This document shows positions 25,623 to 37,407 of a stretch of DNA of 64,000 bases, one piece after another. The position numbers were made by a program, and so were the translations under genes. The stretch's first letter is position 1. Each line of letters opens with the position of its first letter. The stretch is from Carcharhinus longimanus (Eukaryota). Location of the stretch: contig JASCQW010000119.1 in assembly GCA_030264375.1 (NCBI GenBank), forward strand, positions 47,445,287 through 47,509,286. Direction: 5' to 3'. The notes under the pieces were generated by a model. The model was not told the origin of the DNA. It saw only the letters and a list, made by a program, of their open reading frames with translations, and ran no database searches.

Positions 25623-27689
25623 TTAAGACGACCCTAATGCCCCTTTCCAGAACTGTGCAAAGTCTCTTGTCATTTCTCCTGAAGAATTCTGGCCCCTGGA
25701 AATGGTTTGTCTGCAAATGACAAAAGGAAACCTCGTGATTCCAGACCTGGGAAATGTATCCTTTTTCCATCACCCAAGAGAAGTGGGAGGTAAGTCACAT
25801 GTACTTCTCCAAGCTGTTAGAACCTGTAATATTGTCATGTGGAAAAAAACTCACTATTTAACCTCAGAAGGACTCCAGGCAAACAGCCTATCTCAGTCTA
25901 TTGTTTTACCATCAAGCAGACAGCAGCAGAAAGAGCTCTGTCCAGGCCTCATCTATAACATGAACTACTGGAACACTGGAATTTTTGTATTTCTGCCTTC
26001 AAGACTAATTCAACACTACACTCCTCCTCCCACTGTGGAAGGACTCGCTCTGGTTTGCCAGGTCATCCAGCAACAGTCAGCACCTGGTAGAATACAACAA
26101 CATTGGACTTTTCATTCTGGACTCAGATGAAACCATAACTCTGATTTTTATCACAGTCTGCCTGACTTCCTTATCCCTCTTCCAGCATACAAATGCAGAA
26201 GGGACAGATGTTGCAAAACCCCTTTCCCACACTTCGTGTATGTGTAAAATCAACCAAACCTCTTATTTCACCATGTCTCAATCTTGGAACGCTCCAAACT
26301 GGAGTGTTCCAAAAAATACCCCACCACTTTTAAAAAGGGGAAATCAGAAATCAAAAACCAAAAATACCTAACTATTCACAGGCAGGCAGTGAAAGGAAAA
26401 ATCAGGACTATTTAAATTAATCCGCATCCTGTCTGTAAATTTGGTGCTTAATTTATGAGATACTGTCTTGCCCTGTGTGCAAAGTTGATGAATTTTTGAT
26501 CTAAAATTCAGTGAAAGGATTGATCCTATTCTAATGGAAAAAAGTCAGACTCAAAATTAGAGTTTGTTGCCGCTCTCAACATGAGCTACAAGATTTCAGG
26601 AACTTCAGCGCTGGTTTAAAACGCTGAAAGATTTTGTCTTCCTTTAAAAACATATTTAAATTGCTACCCCCTTTTAACTCCCAGCCTTTTTTTTAAAACA
26701 CACACTAATCCCGAGAATGACAATAAATTTATTACAAAGACACCATCAAGTATGACTAAGGATTTGGTTGTTCGAAAGTGAGAATGACTTCAGCTGATTG
26801 GTTTTCAAGGTTCCAATCTTTGTTCCTTGCCTGTGCTGGTGGAGTTAGCCAATTAGCTCCATTACATAATAAAATTGTCCCCTTTTAAATATTTGTAGGG
26901 GAAAAAAAACTAATAGGTTAGAAAAGGTTTTAAACCATTAGGCATTAAGACACAGACAGAACTACCAGCACTAAGATTAATGATTTTAAATCAAACTTAC
27001 AAGCTAACAAGGGAGCAGTCTGCATACATATGAAACACAGTAAGAAATTTAAACAAGTGATAATGATTTAAGACATATATATTGATATTTTGAATGTATT
27101 AAATTACTTTATAAATGTATTTTTATGCAAATCATTGCTCGCTTTGGCCAAAGACATGATCATAGAGGGTGAAAAGACAAAACTACATCCAAAGGGAATA
27201 ATGAAACCTTGGAAATATGCAAGTTTTTAAAATCAGTGGAGTTTCTAATGGTGGAACATTAAAGGACAACTTCACAAATAGGATTGATTCACTGTCCAGA
27301 TAAAATGGATGCATGCCCAGATGCGGGATCACGTGTCAGTTTGACTTGATAGTGACCTGGAGGGGAGCACATGGGAAGGTCAACGTTGAACTTAGTCACC
27401 AGGTATCTGGTTATTAAGAGATATGGGATGTTGTGTTAGCCAAAATGGGAAGATACATCCAGACTTTACGTACTAATTAAACACCATTACGCCAGACGGT
27501 GCAATTGGCTCGAGTCAAATAAAAGATCCATCCTTAAACTGAGACAGTGGCTTCATGAGTCTTGTATTGTCTGAAATTTCAGCAATACCCGATCACCTCG
27601 CAAATCCCGTATCGATCAAATTATTTGTTGCATGTTAAAATTAAATTTGCTTCCATCACTTTTTTCAGTCAGTCTATTCCAGATTGGAT

Positions 27690-28140
27690 AAACTGGGAAA
27701 GCTGAAGATGCTATCCTATGAGCAGAGTAGATTAAAAGAGATTTAATAGAGGTGTTCAAAAACATGAATGGTTTTAATAAAGTATTTATCTTGCAAAAGT
27801 ATTGATAAAGTATTCCAGATTGTAACAACTAGCTCTGGGAAAATTGTGTTGCCTTTTTGCCAATTACAAAAAAGTGTCGTCTGGTTATCAAAGGGTCATC
27901 TGGACTCAAAACGTCAGCTCTTTTCTCTCCTTACAGATACTGCCAGACCGTGCTGCGATTTTCCAGCATTTTCTTTTTTGGTGTCAGATTCCAGCATCCT
28001 CAGCAATTTGCTTTTAATCAATACTTCTGCAAGATAAATACTTTCTCTTTATTAAAAACCATTCATGTTTTTGAACATCTCTATTAAATCTCCTTTAATC
28101 TATTCTGCTCATGGGATAGCACCTTCAGCTTTCCCAGTTT
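27690..28140. repeat. ~120 bp inverted duplication of a CR1 fragment (arms 27690-27807 and 28016-28140)
   Basis: Arms are reverse complements with about six transitions and two small indels; the right arm continues as minus-strand CR1 to ~28200. Confidence 0.9.
27885..28015 (+). mobile_element. Penelope-like terminal repeat (family B)
   Basis: aagggtcatctggactcaaaacgtcagctc...acagatactgccagacc...ttttccagcattttc...tcagattccagcatc. Confidence 0.6.
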
Positions 28141-28947
28141 CCCCAGATAGCTGACATTCCTGACCCTAGTATCATTCTTGTAAATCTTTTCTGTTCCCAT
28201 GCCCGCAAGGCCACCCCTTCATTGGCGGAGACCCCTGGGAATAATGCCAGGCAACAGTAAAAATCCTATCAATTCATCAATGAGCAAGATTGGCACACCT
28301 TTCCCTGAATGCCTTTTAAAATGTTGTTTTCTTGACTGAATCTTTTCCAATCGCATTTACCATGTTTTAGAATGTTGGCTTTAGAACAGGAGAACCATCC
28401 TCGCTCAGGTGACTGCATAGAGATTTATCTTGTACAAATCATTTATCAAGTATTACAGTAATTTTTGTAACACACAAGGAAATTGCTCTCATTATGGTGT
28501 CAAAGGTAGCAGCCATTACAACGCTTTAACAATCATGAACAGATCTCCTATGGTATTGTTCATTGGTCGTCCGGATTTGTGAGACTTGCCTATTAATCAG
28601 ACCTGCCCTTTCAAAGCCACTGCTAAGATATTACCTGTTGGGAATCCTGGTTATGGAATTGGTGAGACCAACTGGAGTTCAATAAGTTATTAGTAGGTTT
28701 CAAGCTCCAGATGAAAGAAATTCAGAATTCTTTTTCTTATTTATCAAGATTTGCTGATTTATAAGTTTAGGAACTGGTGCAAACTGTTAAAGTTACAAAT
28801 TAATGTTAAGGAAACTTGAGTTCGTGCAGATGTCAAGTGAGAGGCCACAGATATTCTGTCTCTGAAAAGTCTTACTCAGAGCTCCCCCCCCACCCACTGC
28901 CCCGCAACTCTTCATATTTTTGTTTGAAATGGGACACAGAAGATGGA

Positions 28948-29010
28948 GTTTGACAGACAAGAAATGCAAATTAATGGGTTTGCAGACAGGAAATGCAAAT
29001 TAATGGGTTT
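28948..29010. repeat. ~29-30 bp tandem duplication containing ATGCAAAT octamers
   Basis: gtttg(a)cagacargaaatgcaaattaatgg x2. Confidence 0.9.
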
Positions 29011-29294
29011 ATCCAAATTTTGCAATCTGGACAAACCATCAGAGGTGATGGCACAGTCACCAGTCGAGACGGAGTGCTGTGGGGGTTCTCAACAGCGTTT
29101 CCACAGGTTGTATGAAGGAAATCTCCTGATTAACACCCACTACAAGTTAATGAATCGATAGTCCTTTACATTGAACGTCACTTTGAATAAGCATCGAGGG
29201 TAACAAGGGCACAGAATGCACTCTGGATAGGAAATATTGTCCATTATTAAGAGTGGCCTGACAGTCCTACTAATGGCCAAATTGACCAAATCCT

Positions 29295-29680
29295 GAAGGG
29301 CATGCAACAAGACCTTGACAATGTTCGAGCTTGGACTGATAGTGGCAAGCAACAATGTCCCATCCAAATGTCAGAGACTGACCATCTCCAAGGAGAGAGG
29401 CAATTTTACCATTTCCATTCGATTGCATTATCATCACTGAATCCCCTCAGAAACATTGACCAGAAAGCTAACTGGACTAATATAAATACTCCAGCTACAC
29501 GGGCAGGTCAGGAGCTGGGAATTTTGTGGTGAGTAATCTATTTCCTGACTTCCCGGTGCTTCTCCGCCTTCTTCTATAAGGCACATTTCAGGAGCTTCCA
29601 TTTGCTTGGGAGCAGACCCAACAACGAAGTTTGATGCCATCTAGGACTAAGCAGCCTGTTTAATTGGCACCCCCTCCACC
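29295..29680 (+). mobile_element. CR1-clade LINE (second family) RT C-terminal fragment
   Basis: MQQDLDNVRAWTDSG; IDQKANWTNINTPATRAGQELGIL; homologous to 63900-64000 and 57700-58300. Confidence 0.7.
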
Positions 29681-30265
29681 TTAAGAACAAACTTCAATTT
29701 GCCCAAAATTATGCTGCTTGTGTCCTGATCACCCATTACCCCTGTGCACTTTCACCCACATCGGCTCCCAGCCCAGAAACGCCTACATTTTAAAATCCTT
29801 ATCTTCAAGTCCTTTCGCTGGTTCACCCACTTCTTATCCCTGCAGCCAACATTCCCTGCAAGCTGTGTGGCCACAACCTTAAAGTTCCCTTTTAAGTTAT
29901 CACATGCGCACAGCCAGGCACAACATTTAAATTGGCTGCACACTTAAACAGATCACCCGCACACTCCAAAAAATGAGAAGGAATGATGCCTGTAACCTCA
30001 TTCAACCGCATACCTCAAAAGCTTTGCCTCCTCCAACTCTGGCCTTCTATGCATACCAGATTTTAAATGCTCCAACAATGGTGGCCTTGCCTCCTAAATC
30101 GCTCCATCGCCTCTGATAAAACCTCTCTGACAAAGCTTATATATCAGCTGCCCTAATATCTGCTTATGTGACTTGTTGTCAAATTTTGCTCGAGAATTAT
30201 TCTGCAAAAGCTTCCAAGGGTGCTTCAATGTTAAAGGTGGCATATAATTCCAAGCTGTTGTTGTT
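29680..30265 (+). mobile_element. L2 LINE 3' region
   Basis: cccattacccctgtgc...acatcggctccca...ttttaaaatccttatc (HITPVL..LHWLP..RI.FKIL-like) and a tail ending ...aagctgttgttgtt. Confidence 0.6.
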
Positions 30266-31269
30266 TTAAGGCATGTGCCTTTTATCTACTGCCACTGCTA
30301 AGGAAGTGAAACTTGGGCACAGTCATCAATCAGATGGGAAGAATGAGCCAGGTAGGAGTGGCAGAATGAGCCTGCCTAGTTTAGGCTAAAAGCTGGCTGC
30401 AATCACTTGTGAACGTGGTGTGTTACACAGGAAGTGGCTTTTAAAGAGTTACAGAAATGTTGCAGGAACAAATTGATCATGATGCATACTACATGTAAAG
30501 AAAAAGCATTGTATCTGGTGTAATTGCTCACCGATATTCAGCACAACTTAAAAAACGAAAGGCGACCAAATGTTGAACCTACTATATGTAGTGAGTTAAA
30601 TATCAGCAATTTGTCGGGCCTTCCCAATGATTTGTTTGAAATTCCAGCTGTTAAAACAGGGGAAACACTGAACAAGATTATCTCAGTCTTGTACAAAGAC
30701 AGATTCTGAAGGGCACCCAGAGGAAAAGCCAATCCACAGTACACCAATGCATCCTTTATAAGTGACAGAGTAACAACAGTAGATATCTACAATCAGGTCA
30801 CCTACTACCCCTTCTCAATCAGGGATAGGGTAAGTGGAAGCTAAACAAAAAAAATGGTGATGGAAAAACACATGAATGAAGTAAAAAGACACATGGGAGG
30901 AAGGAAGATTTTGTGCACTGGAAACAGCTAATACAAAATAATGAATTATGTTTGATGAGGCTGGAGTGCATACAAGTGAACTCATTATGTCTCCCAAAAC
31001 ACCAGGGAGCCAATGTAATGTTATTCCATTGCTTCTCTCACAACTAAACCGCAATGTCAAAAATACTTCACTCAGGTTGCATTGCTTGAACTAACTGCAT
31101 CTTGATTATCTGTACCCCAGGTCCAATGTTTTATCAATAACTAATCCCATATAAAAGATTCACAGATCACCATTTCCTATTATCAACAATATTTTGTGAC
31201 CCAGCTGGTTGACTTATACAATACTGCCACCACTTTCTTGGATTCCATTACATCTTACATTATTTTACG

Positions 31270-31655
31270 AGTTGGCCATGGCTAAGTTAGTTGCACTCTC
31301 ATCTGAGTCCAAGTTGTGGATTCAATTCTCATGCCAGAGACTTGAAACACTGGGCTGATGCTCCAGTGCAGAACTGAAGGATCAGTGCACTACTGGAGGA
31401 ACAATCTTCAGGACCTTTAAACCAAGGACCTCTCTCAGATGGGAGCAAAAGATCCCGTTTGAAATGCAGGGGAACTGTCCCTGGTGTTCAGGCTGATATT
31501 TATCCCTCAACAAATATCACACTACTGGTTGTGGGAGTTTGTTGTGGCTACTTAGCTGCTGTGTTTCCCACACTGCAACAGTGGCCACACTCCCAAAGTT
31601 CTGCATTGGCTGCAAAGTGCTTCTGGGACAGAAGTGCAAGTCTTTCTTTGTCTTC
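31270..31655 (+). mobile_element. Deu-domain SINE (SacSINE1-like), near full length
   Basis: tRNA-like head, gctgatgctccagtgcagaactgaagg, aaaagatccc, gtccctggtgttcaggctgatatttatccctcaac, and an L2-type tail. Confidence 0.7.
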
Positions 31656-31799
31656 CCATTTTGAAACTCGGCCCCTTTCTCTCTTCTGAGAGTCTTTAAA
31701 AAAATGGGTACCACATGCGTGGCCACTTGTTAGGTGACGGCTATTGAAGCTTTAAAGGAACATCCCATGGTACATCTACAGTGGCCTTACCTTTTGGTA

Positions 31800-31940
31800 A
31801 GGCTCAGACGAAGGCTCATTCAGACTCGAAATGCTGGCTCTATTTTCTTGCCACAGATGTTGTCAGACCTGCTGAGATATTCCAGCGTTTTCTGTTTTTG
31901 TTTCAGATTCCAGCATCCGCCGTATTCTGCTTTTACCTTT
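31800..31940 (+). mobile_element. Penelope-like terminal repeat (family B)
   Basis: cagacgaaggctcattcagactcgaaatgctggctct...acagatgttgtcagacctgctgag...tcagattccagcatccgc. Confidence 0.65.
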
Positions 31941-32904
31941 TGGGTCTTGGCAACAAAATGTATCTAAAGCCATAAGGCAACCTCATCCTGAAGTATTTGT
32001 CCAAGAATGTGCTGCACATGATTAGTATAGAATGTAGATTCCAGGTTATCTTCAATGGTCGTATATTGCCTACAATTCCTTGGCTGCTTGCGTGAATTCA
32101 CTGCAAGCGAATCTGGGCCTTTATCAAGGAAAATGCACAGCTTCGGTGTTAGTGAATGTGTGCTTATGTTAACAAGATTTTTTTTTGGATTAATTACAAC
32201 GTGGTGAGAGGATAACGACCAGACTTACAGTGTAGTGGAGGCGTCATGAAGTGGAGGAACACAGGTCGAAATTCACCCCTGTACAATTATCCAGATCAGT
32301 CATAACTCTGTGGTCAAGTATATGACCTGCACTTGGCATCTACCAAAAGAGGTAGAATACGTCGCCAGGCCACCGCTCTACACTGCTGAATAACCACTTA
32401 TAATTGGAAGCAGTGGAGGCCTGGGAGCCAATTGCACGCCTTCTCTCTCAGTCACAGGAGATGCATGGCCCAACGAGATCTGCACAGGGAAAAACACAGA
32501 GATTTCAATCTGCCCCATGCAAAGAAATTAACCACCTAATGTTTAATGACTAAGCTTCTTTAAATTTTGACTTTCAATTCCTGGGCAAGTGTAAGGAGGA
32601 ATTGTACCATGTTCTCAACTGCAGAAAGAGCCCTCAATAAAATGATACAGAATTACTCAGCACTGGAACTAACATCTGGCTGACAAGGAGTCTCTCACAC
32701 ACTAACAATATTGATTTGTCTCAGTTGGGTGTGACCGGTTGATGATGAAGGCAAGGGTGCCATCCACAAAGGCTAAGTAGCTTGAAGAGTTAATCACGCA
32801 TTCTCATAAATCCTGCAGACCATTGAGACATTTACTAGGAAATCTATACTGTCACAAAACTTAAAAGAACTAGTGGCAAGCCCGAATTCTTCGATATCCT
32901 ATTA

Positions 32905-33165
32905 CAAAAGAACATGAGGACAGAAGGAGTCGTCGACCACACAACCCCTTGAGCCTGCTTTTCCATTCAATATGATCATGGCTCAATTTCTGCCTCAACT
33001 CCACTTTTCTGCCACTCCCCATTTCCCTCAATTCCCTGAGAGACCAAAGACTAATCAATCTCAGCCTTGAATAGGTTCAATGATGGAGCATCCATAGCCC
33101 GTTGGGATAGAGAATTCCGAGATTCACAAATGTCTGAGTGAAGACATTTCTCCTCTTCTCCGTCG
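32905..33165 (-). mobile_element. CR1 3' end
   Basis: Minus strand gives ...GSGRKVELRQKLSHDHIEW.SRLKG, the usual translation of the shark CR1 tail. Confidence 0.75.
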
Positions 33166-33292
33166 GCCTTTCCAGTTACGAGCAGCACAAATCAACTACT
33201 TTTACATTCAAAATTAGACGTGTTCCTTCAAGGACATTCTTTGTATTTTGATAAAATACAACTGTGTCTATAACAGTAATTGACGAACTCAC

Positions 33293-33419
33293 CTTTGGCA
33301 TGACTTGCTCCGCATGTACAATAATCTCCTTTAGCTCTGCCAAGACTATCCCTTTTCAGCCAGTTCCAACAATTCTCGTTGGAGGAGACCATGAAGTGTT
33401 GCTGCACATCTTTACTGAT
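33293..33419 (-). other. plagl2: 127-nt 5'UTR exon of plagl2 carrying upstream ORFs
   Basis: Acceptor tttgttttctgtctag|A and perfect donor AAG|GTGAGT; non-repetitive sequence resembling my recollection of a PLAG1 non-coding leader exon. Confidence 0.7.
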
Positions 33420-33789
33420 CTAGACAGAAAACAAATTACCATCAATTAGAAATGTTGAATGATTTTCTTAATAAGCAGCAGGAAGAAGGCCCTGTTTATA
33501 ATGTGGTATGGTTATTTGTCATTGTTTCTTCTGAATGCATCTCTCAGTTACAAAGCTGATGACATTACCCTGACAACATAACCTCAATCCTAAACTTATA
33601 TAGGCTCTTAATTAAATAATATCTTTGAGCTAGAAACGTTTTCACAGAAGCTTTCAAATGGGTCTCTGTTCCAACAAGGAAACCTCCTGCCCCCAAGACC
33701 GAAAGGATTAGTTTCAAATATGATTCTTGATAATCATCAGAAATTGTGACCATTATTATCATTCACTCAGCTTTCTTTAAACACAAGGA

Positions 33790-33943
33790 TAAGAACATAA
33801 GAAAATAGGAGCAGGAGTAGGCCATCTAGCCCTTCGAGCCTGCCTCACCATTCAATAAGATCATGACTGATCTGAAGTGGCTCAGTTCCACTTTCCCGCT
33901 TTCTCCCCATAACCCTTAATCCCCTTGCCTACCAAAAACCTAT
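33790..33943 (-). mobile_element. Young CR1 3' tail running into a gap
   Basis: ataagaacataagaaaataggagcaggagtaggccatctagcccttcgagcctgc is the reverse complement of the tail at 35415-35492. Confidence 0.85.
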
Positions 33944-35239
33944 NNNNNNNNNNNNNNNNNNNNNNNNNNNNNNNNNNNNNNNNNNNNNNNNNNNNNNNNN
34001 NNNNNNNNNNNNNNNNNNNNNNNNNNNNNNNNNNNNNNNNNNNNNNNNNNNNNNNNNNNNNNNNNNNNNNNNNNNNNNNNNNNNNNNNNNNNNNNNNNNN
34101 NNNNNNNNNNNNNNNNNNNNNNNNNNNNNNNNNNNNNNNNNNNNNNNNNNNNNNNNNNNNNNNNNNNNNNNNNNNNNNNNNNNNNNNNNNNNNNNNNNNN
34201 NNNNNNNNNNNNNNNNNNNNNNNNNNTACTATGCTTCTTTATCAGGGGAACAGATCACAGAGATCCCATCTCAGGCCGATAATGCTGCTTTTCTTCTGGG
34301 TACATCTGCACATTGACATCTAAAATTCTATTTTGTACAGCTTACGCTGCAGTCGTGTGTGTGATTGCTACATTGTAGCAACAATGCGGGGTACGTACAT
34401 ATCGCGTTATAACATCATTTCAACTGGAACAGGAAGAGTTATCTACACCCACAACATCCCAGATCGCACCAAGTTTAATTCACCCTCCAAAATGGCCAAT
34501 TCTTTAGCTTCACTGCTGTTAGACCCAGAATAAAGAAATGAATCAAGGAAATGAAAATAATCATTCAGTATATTCACTAAGTGCCGCCAAAATTGTTTGG
34601 GATACCAAAAATACATCCTGCAAGGAATTCAACTGGTTTTAAAAGGTAAATGATAGTTAAAAATACAACATATTTTTCAAAATTTCATACAGAAACCACA
34701 ATGTTTTCCATTTTCTAGCCAAAATTTAAAAGCACCGCACTGGCACATTTGGCATGAAAGCTTCTTTAAAAAAAATCTTAACAAGACATTTCCTAAAATT
34801 GTGCCAAGTACTCAATATATTTCCTGTTTCTGTTAATAGCACATTGTCCCCACTAGGTGGTAGGAGAAGAACTGAGTAGATACATTCGCGAGGAAATTCA
34901 ATACAGATCTTGGCTCAACTGTACTGGGTGCCACAAGGTAGTCATTAATTACATGCAAGTTGAAGTCAAACTGAAATACGAATTTATTAGCAAAAATATA
35001 AACGTGTGTGTCTGGCCCATTGAGCACCATGAAATTCATCACCATCGGCAAACTCGGATCCAGCCAATGGAATTCTCTTCAAGAGGCTATTTGAAACCTA
35101 CCTCTTTGACCAAGCCTTTGGTCACCAGTTCCAAAATCTCAAATGGCTGAGTGTCAAATTCTGTTCACTATCCTTCTTGTCAAACACCTTGGAGCATTTT
35201 GCGTTAAAGCTGCTGTTTAAATACAAATTGGTGTTGTAT

Positions 35240-35492
35240 TGCGCGGAGGGTGTGGAGAGTCTGCAGAAGGATCTAGATAGGCTGGGCGAATGGGCCAGGA
35301 AATGGCAAATGGAANNNNNNNNNNNNNNNNNNNNNNNNNNNNNNNNNNNNNNNNNNNNNNNNNNNNNNNNNNNNNNNNNNNNNNNNNNNNNNNNNNNNNN
35401 NNNNNNNNNNNNNNATCTTACTGAATGGTGGGGCAGGCTCGAAGGGCTAGATGGCCTACTCCTGCTCCTATTTCTTATGTTCTTATGTTCTT
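35240..35492 (+). mobile_element. Young CR1 insertion spanning a gap
   Basis: ESLQKDLDRLGEWARKWQME (CR1 RT) before the gap; tail after it. Confidence 0.85.
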
Positions 35493-35597
35493 ATACCATT
35501 GCACATTTAAATCTAAAATTGTGTTTTGTAAAACATTTGTTGTTGCAGAGTCGTGCACCATTGTTACATTGTAGTAACTACATGGGGTACATATAAT

Positions 35598-35955
35598 AGG
35601 CCGGAATTCTCCCAAAGAAATTCGAAGTGTCGAATTCGTGGGAAAACTGGAGCAATCCACGCTCACTTTATTTTCCACTGGGAGTTCACACTAGAATCTC
35701 TCACACGCAATGCAGAGGCCACCAACCAGCATGAATATCATTATATGTCAGTGGCCAGGGCCTATTCCCACCTGGGAAGCTGAGGCCAGTGGACCTCTGT
35801 GCATACACAGTAACTGTGAATTGTCAGCCTTTGGTTTACTGGCCAGCTCTGGACCCCACAATGCTGTCCCCCACCTCCCCTCCCTGCCCAAGCCTAATCA
35901 TGGCCCAATCGTAGTCCCCCCTCCCCCACCTAATCTCCAGCGCCTCCGGCCACAA
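35598..35955. mobile_element. Non-autonomous DNA transposon fragment (Harbinger-like terminus)
   Basis: Begins ggccggaattctccc; GC-rich interior; right TIR not found. Confidence 0.4.
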
Positions 35956-35967
35956 TAACAATCCTTG

Positions 35968-36108
35968 GTCAGAGCTGTTGAAGGTCATCCAGACTCTAAG
36001 CATTGGCTCTATTCTCTCTCCACAGATGCTGTCAGGCCTGCTCACATCTTCCAGCATCTTCTGTTTTTGTTTCAGATTCTAGCATAGGCAGTATTTTGCT
36101 TTTATTAT
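35968..36108 (+). mobile_element. Penelope-like terminal repeat (family B)
   Basis: gaaggtcatccagactc...ccacagatgctgtcaggcctgct...tcagattctagcat...ttttgcttttatt. Confidence 0.65.
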
Positions 36109-36364
36109 AAGAATTACAGGGTAGTCATTATCAAGAAGTTGGTGGAATTAAGTCGCACAGATTGAGTAACAGAATGTACAGCCACGTTTCATAGCAATAT
36201 ATGTTTTAAGAAGTTTGTTTTGCAAACAGGTCCTGTTATGGTGGGTCTAACACTAATGTGCGTGTTCTATTAGGTATTGCAGTATTATAGGGTTTTAAAA
36301 TTAAAATGCAGCTCTGTTAAAAGCTGTCAAGAAAACAGAATGATGCAACACATTTTTTTCCAAG

Positions 36365-36715
36365 TCTCAGGAGGGCTTCAAAAGGTAGACACCGAGAGGT
36401 TATTTATCTGACTGGAGAATCCTGAACTAAGGGTCATAGTCTCAGAATAAGCTGTCAGACATTCACAACTGAGTTAAAGTTTCTTCGTTCAGAGGGTTGA
36501 GAGTTTTTGGAGTTCTCTACCCAGAGGGTCGTGTAAGCTCAACTATGGAATATATTCCAGATAGAGATTGATAGATTTTTATAAACGAAGGAAATCTAGG
36601 GATATGGGGCAAGGTACAGGAATAAAGTTGGTGGAGATGATGATTCATGATCTCATTGAATGGCAGAGCAAGCTACAGCGAGTCAGATAGCCAACTTATA
36701 TTTCAAATTCTAATA
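36365..36715 (+). mobile_element. Old CR1 3' end
   Basis: gaactaagggtcatagtctcagaataag (TRGHSLRI-like), cagagggttg, and a decayed tail. Confidence 0.7.
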
Positions 36716-36835
36716 TTGGTAACAACTGTTGTGTGCATCCATGCAACATTTAAAAGATCCACGTACGCATTTTTTATGTTGGTCAGGCCTATGCACATGG
36801 TCAACAGAACTTGGAGCTGAAGACAAGAGTCTCAT

Positions 36836-37125
36836 GGGCGGCATGTTGGCACAGTGGTTAGCACCGCTGTCTCACACCGCCAGGGGCCCAGGTTCGATTC
36901 CCAGCCTCGGGGTCACTGTCTGTGTGGAGTTTGCACATTCTCCCTCAGTAGCTGCTCTAGTTTCATCCCTCATTCCAAAGATGTGTGGCCTAGATGGACT
37001 GGCCATGTTAAATTGACCCCAGTGTCAGGGGGACTAGCAAGTTTGCAGGATATTGCGGGATGTGTTGGGATTGCGGGAATTGGGCCTCGGTGGAATTGTG
37101 GTCAGTACAGACTCAATGGGCTTCA
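36836..37125 (+). mobile_element. HE1-like V-SINE
   Basis: gggcggcatgttggcacagtggttagcacc (A box)...ggttcgattccc (B box)...gtctgtgtggagtttgcacattctcc. Confidence 0.85.
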
Positions 37126-37407
37126 ATGTGCCCACACAAAAAGTAAAAACACAGAAAGGGCACAAAAAAAACACTCTGGGAGGCACAAGAGAGCAAAGGG
37201 TAAATAATGTCATATGCTGTTCTAAAAATCACAATATTGAAACCATGCAGCAAATTGTATCTATTGTTCTGTTTAGTTAATACCTAGATATGAGATTAGC
37301 ATTATGCTGTGACTTCTGTCCTGCACTCTAGCTTTCTCCTCTTTTTTTTAAGTTACATTACCACTTCTTCCTTTTTCCACCTGAGATAATAGTACTTAAA
37401 ATACGAA

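Noticed and set aside
36836-36910. tRNA genes at A/B-box motifs
   Set aside because: These are SINE heads continuing into V or Deu domains; no complete cloverleaf.
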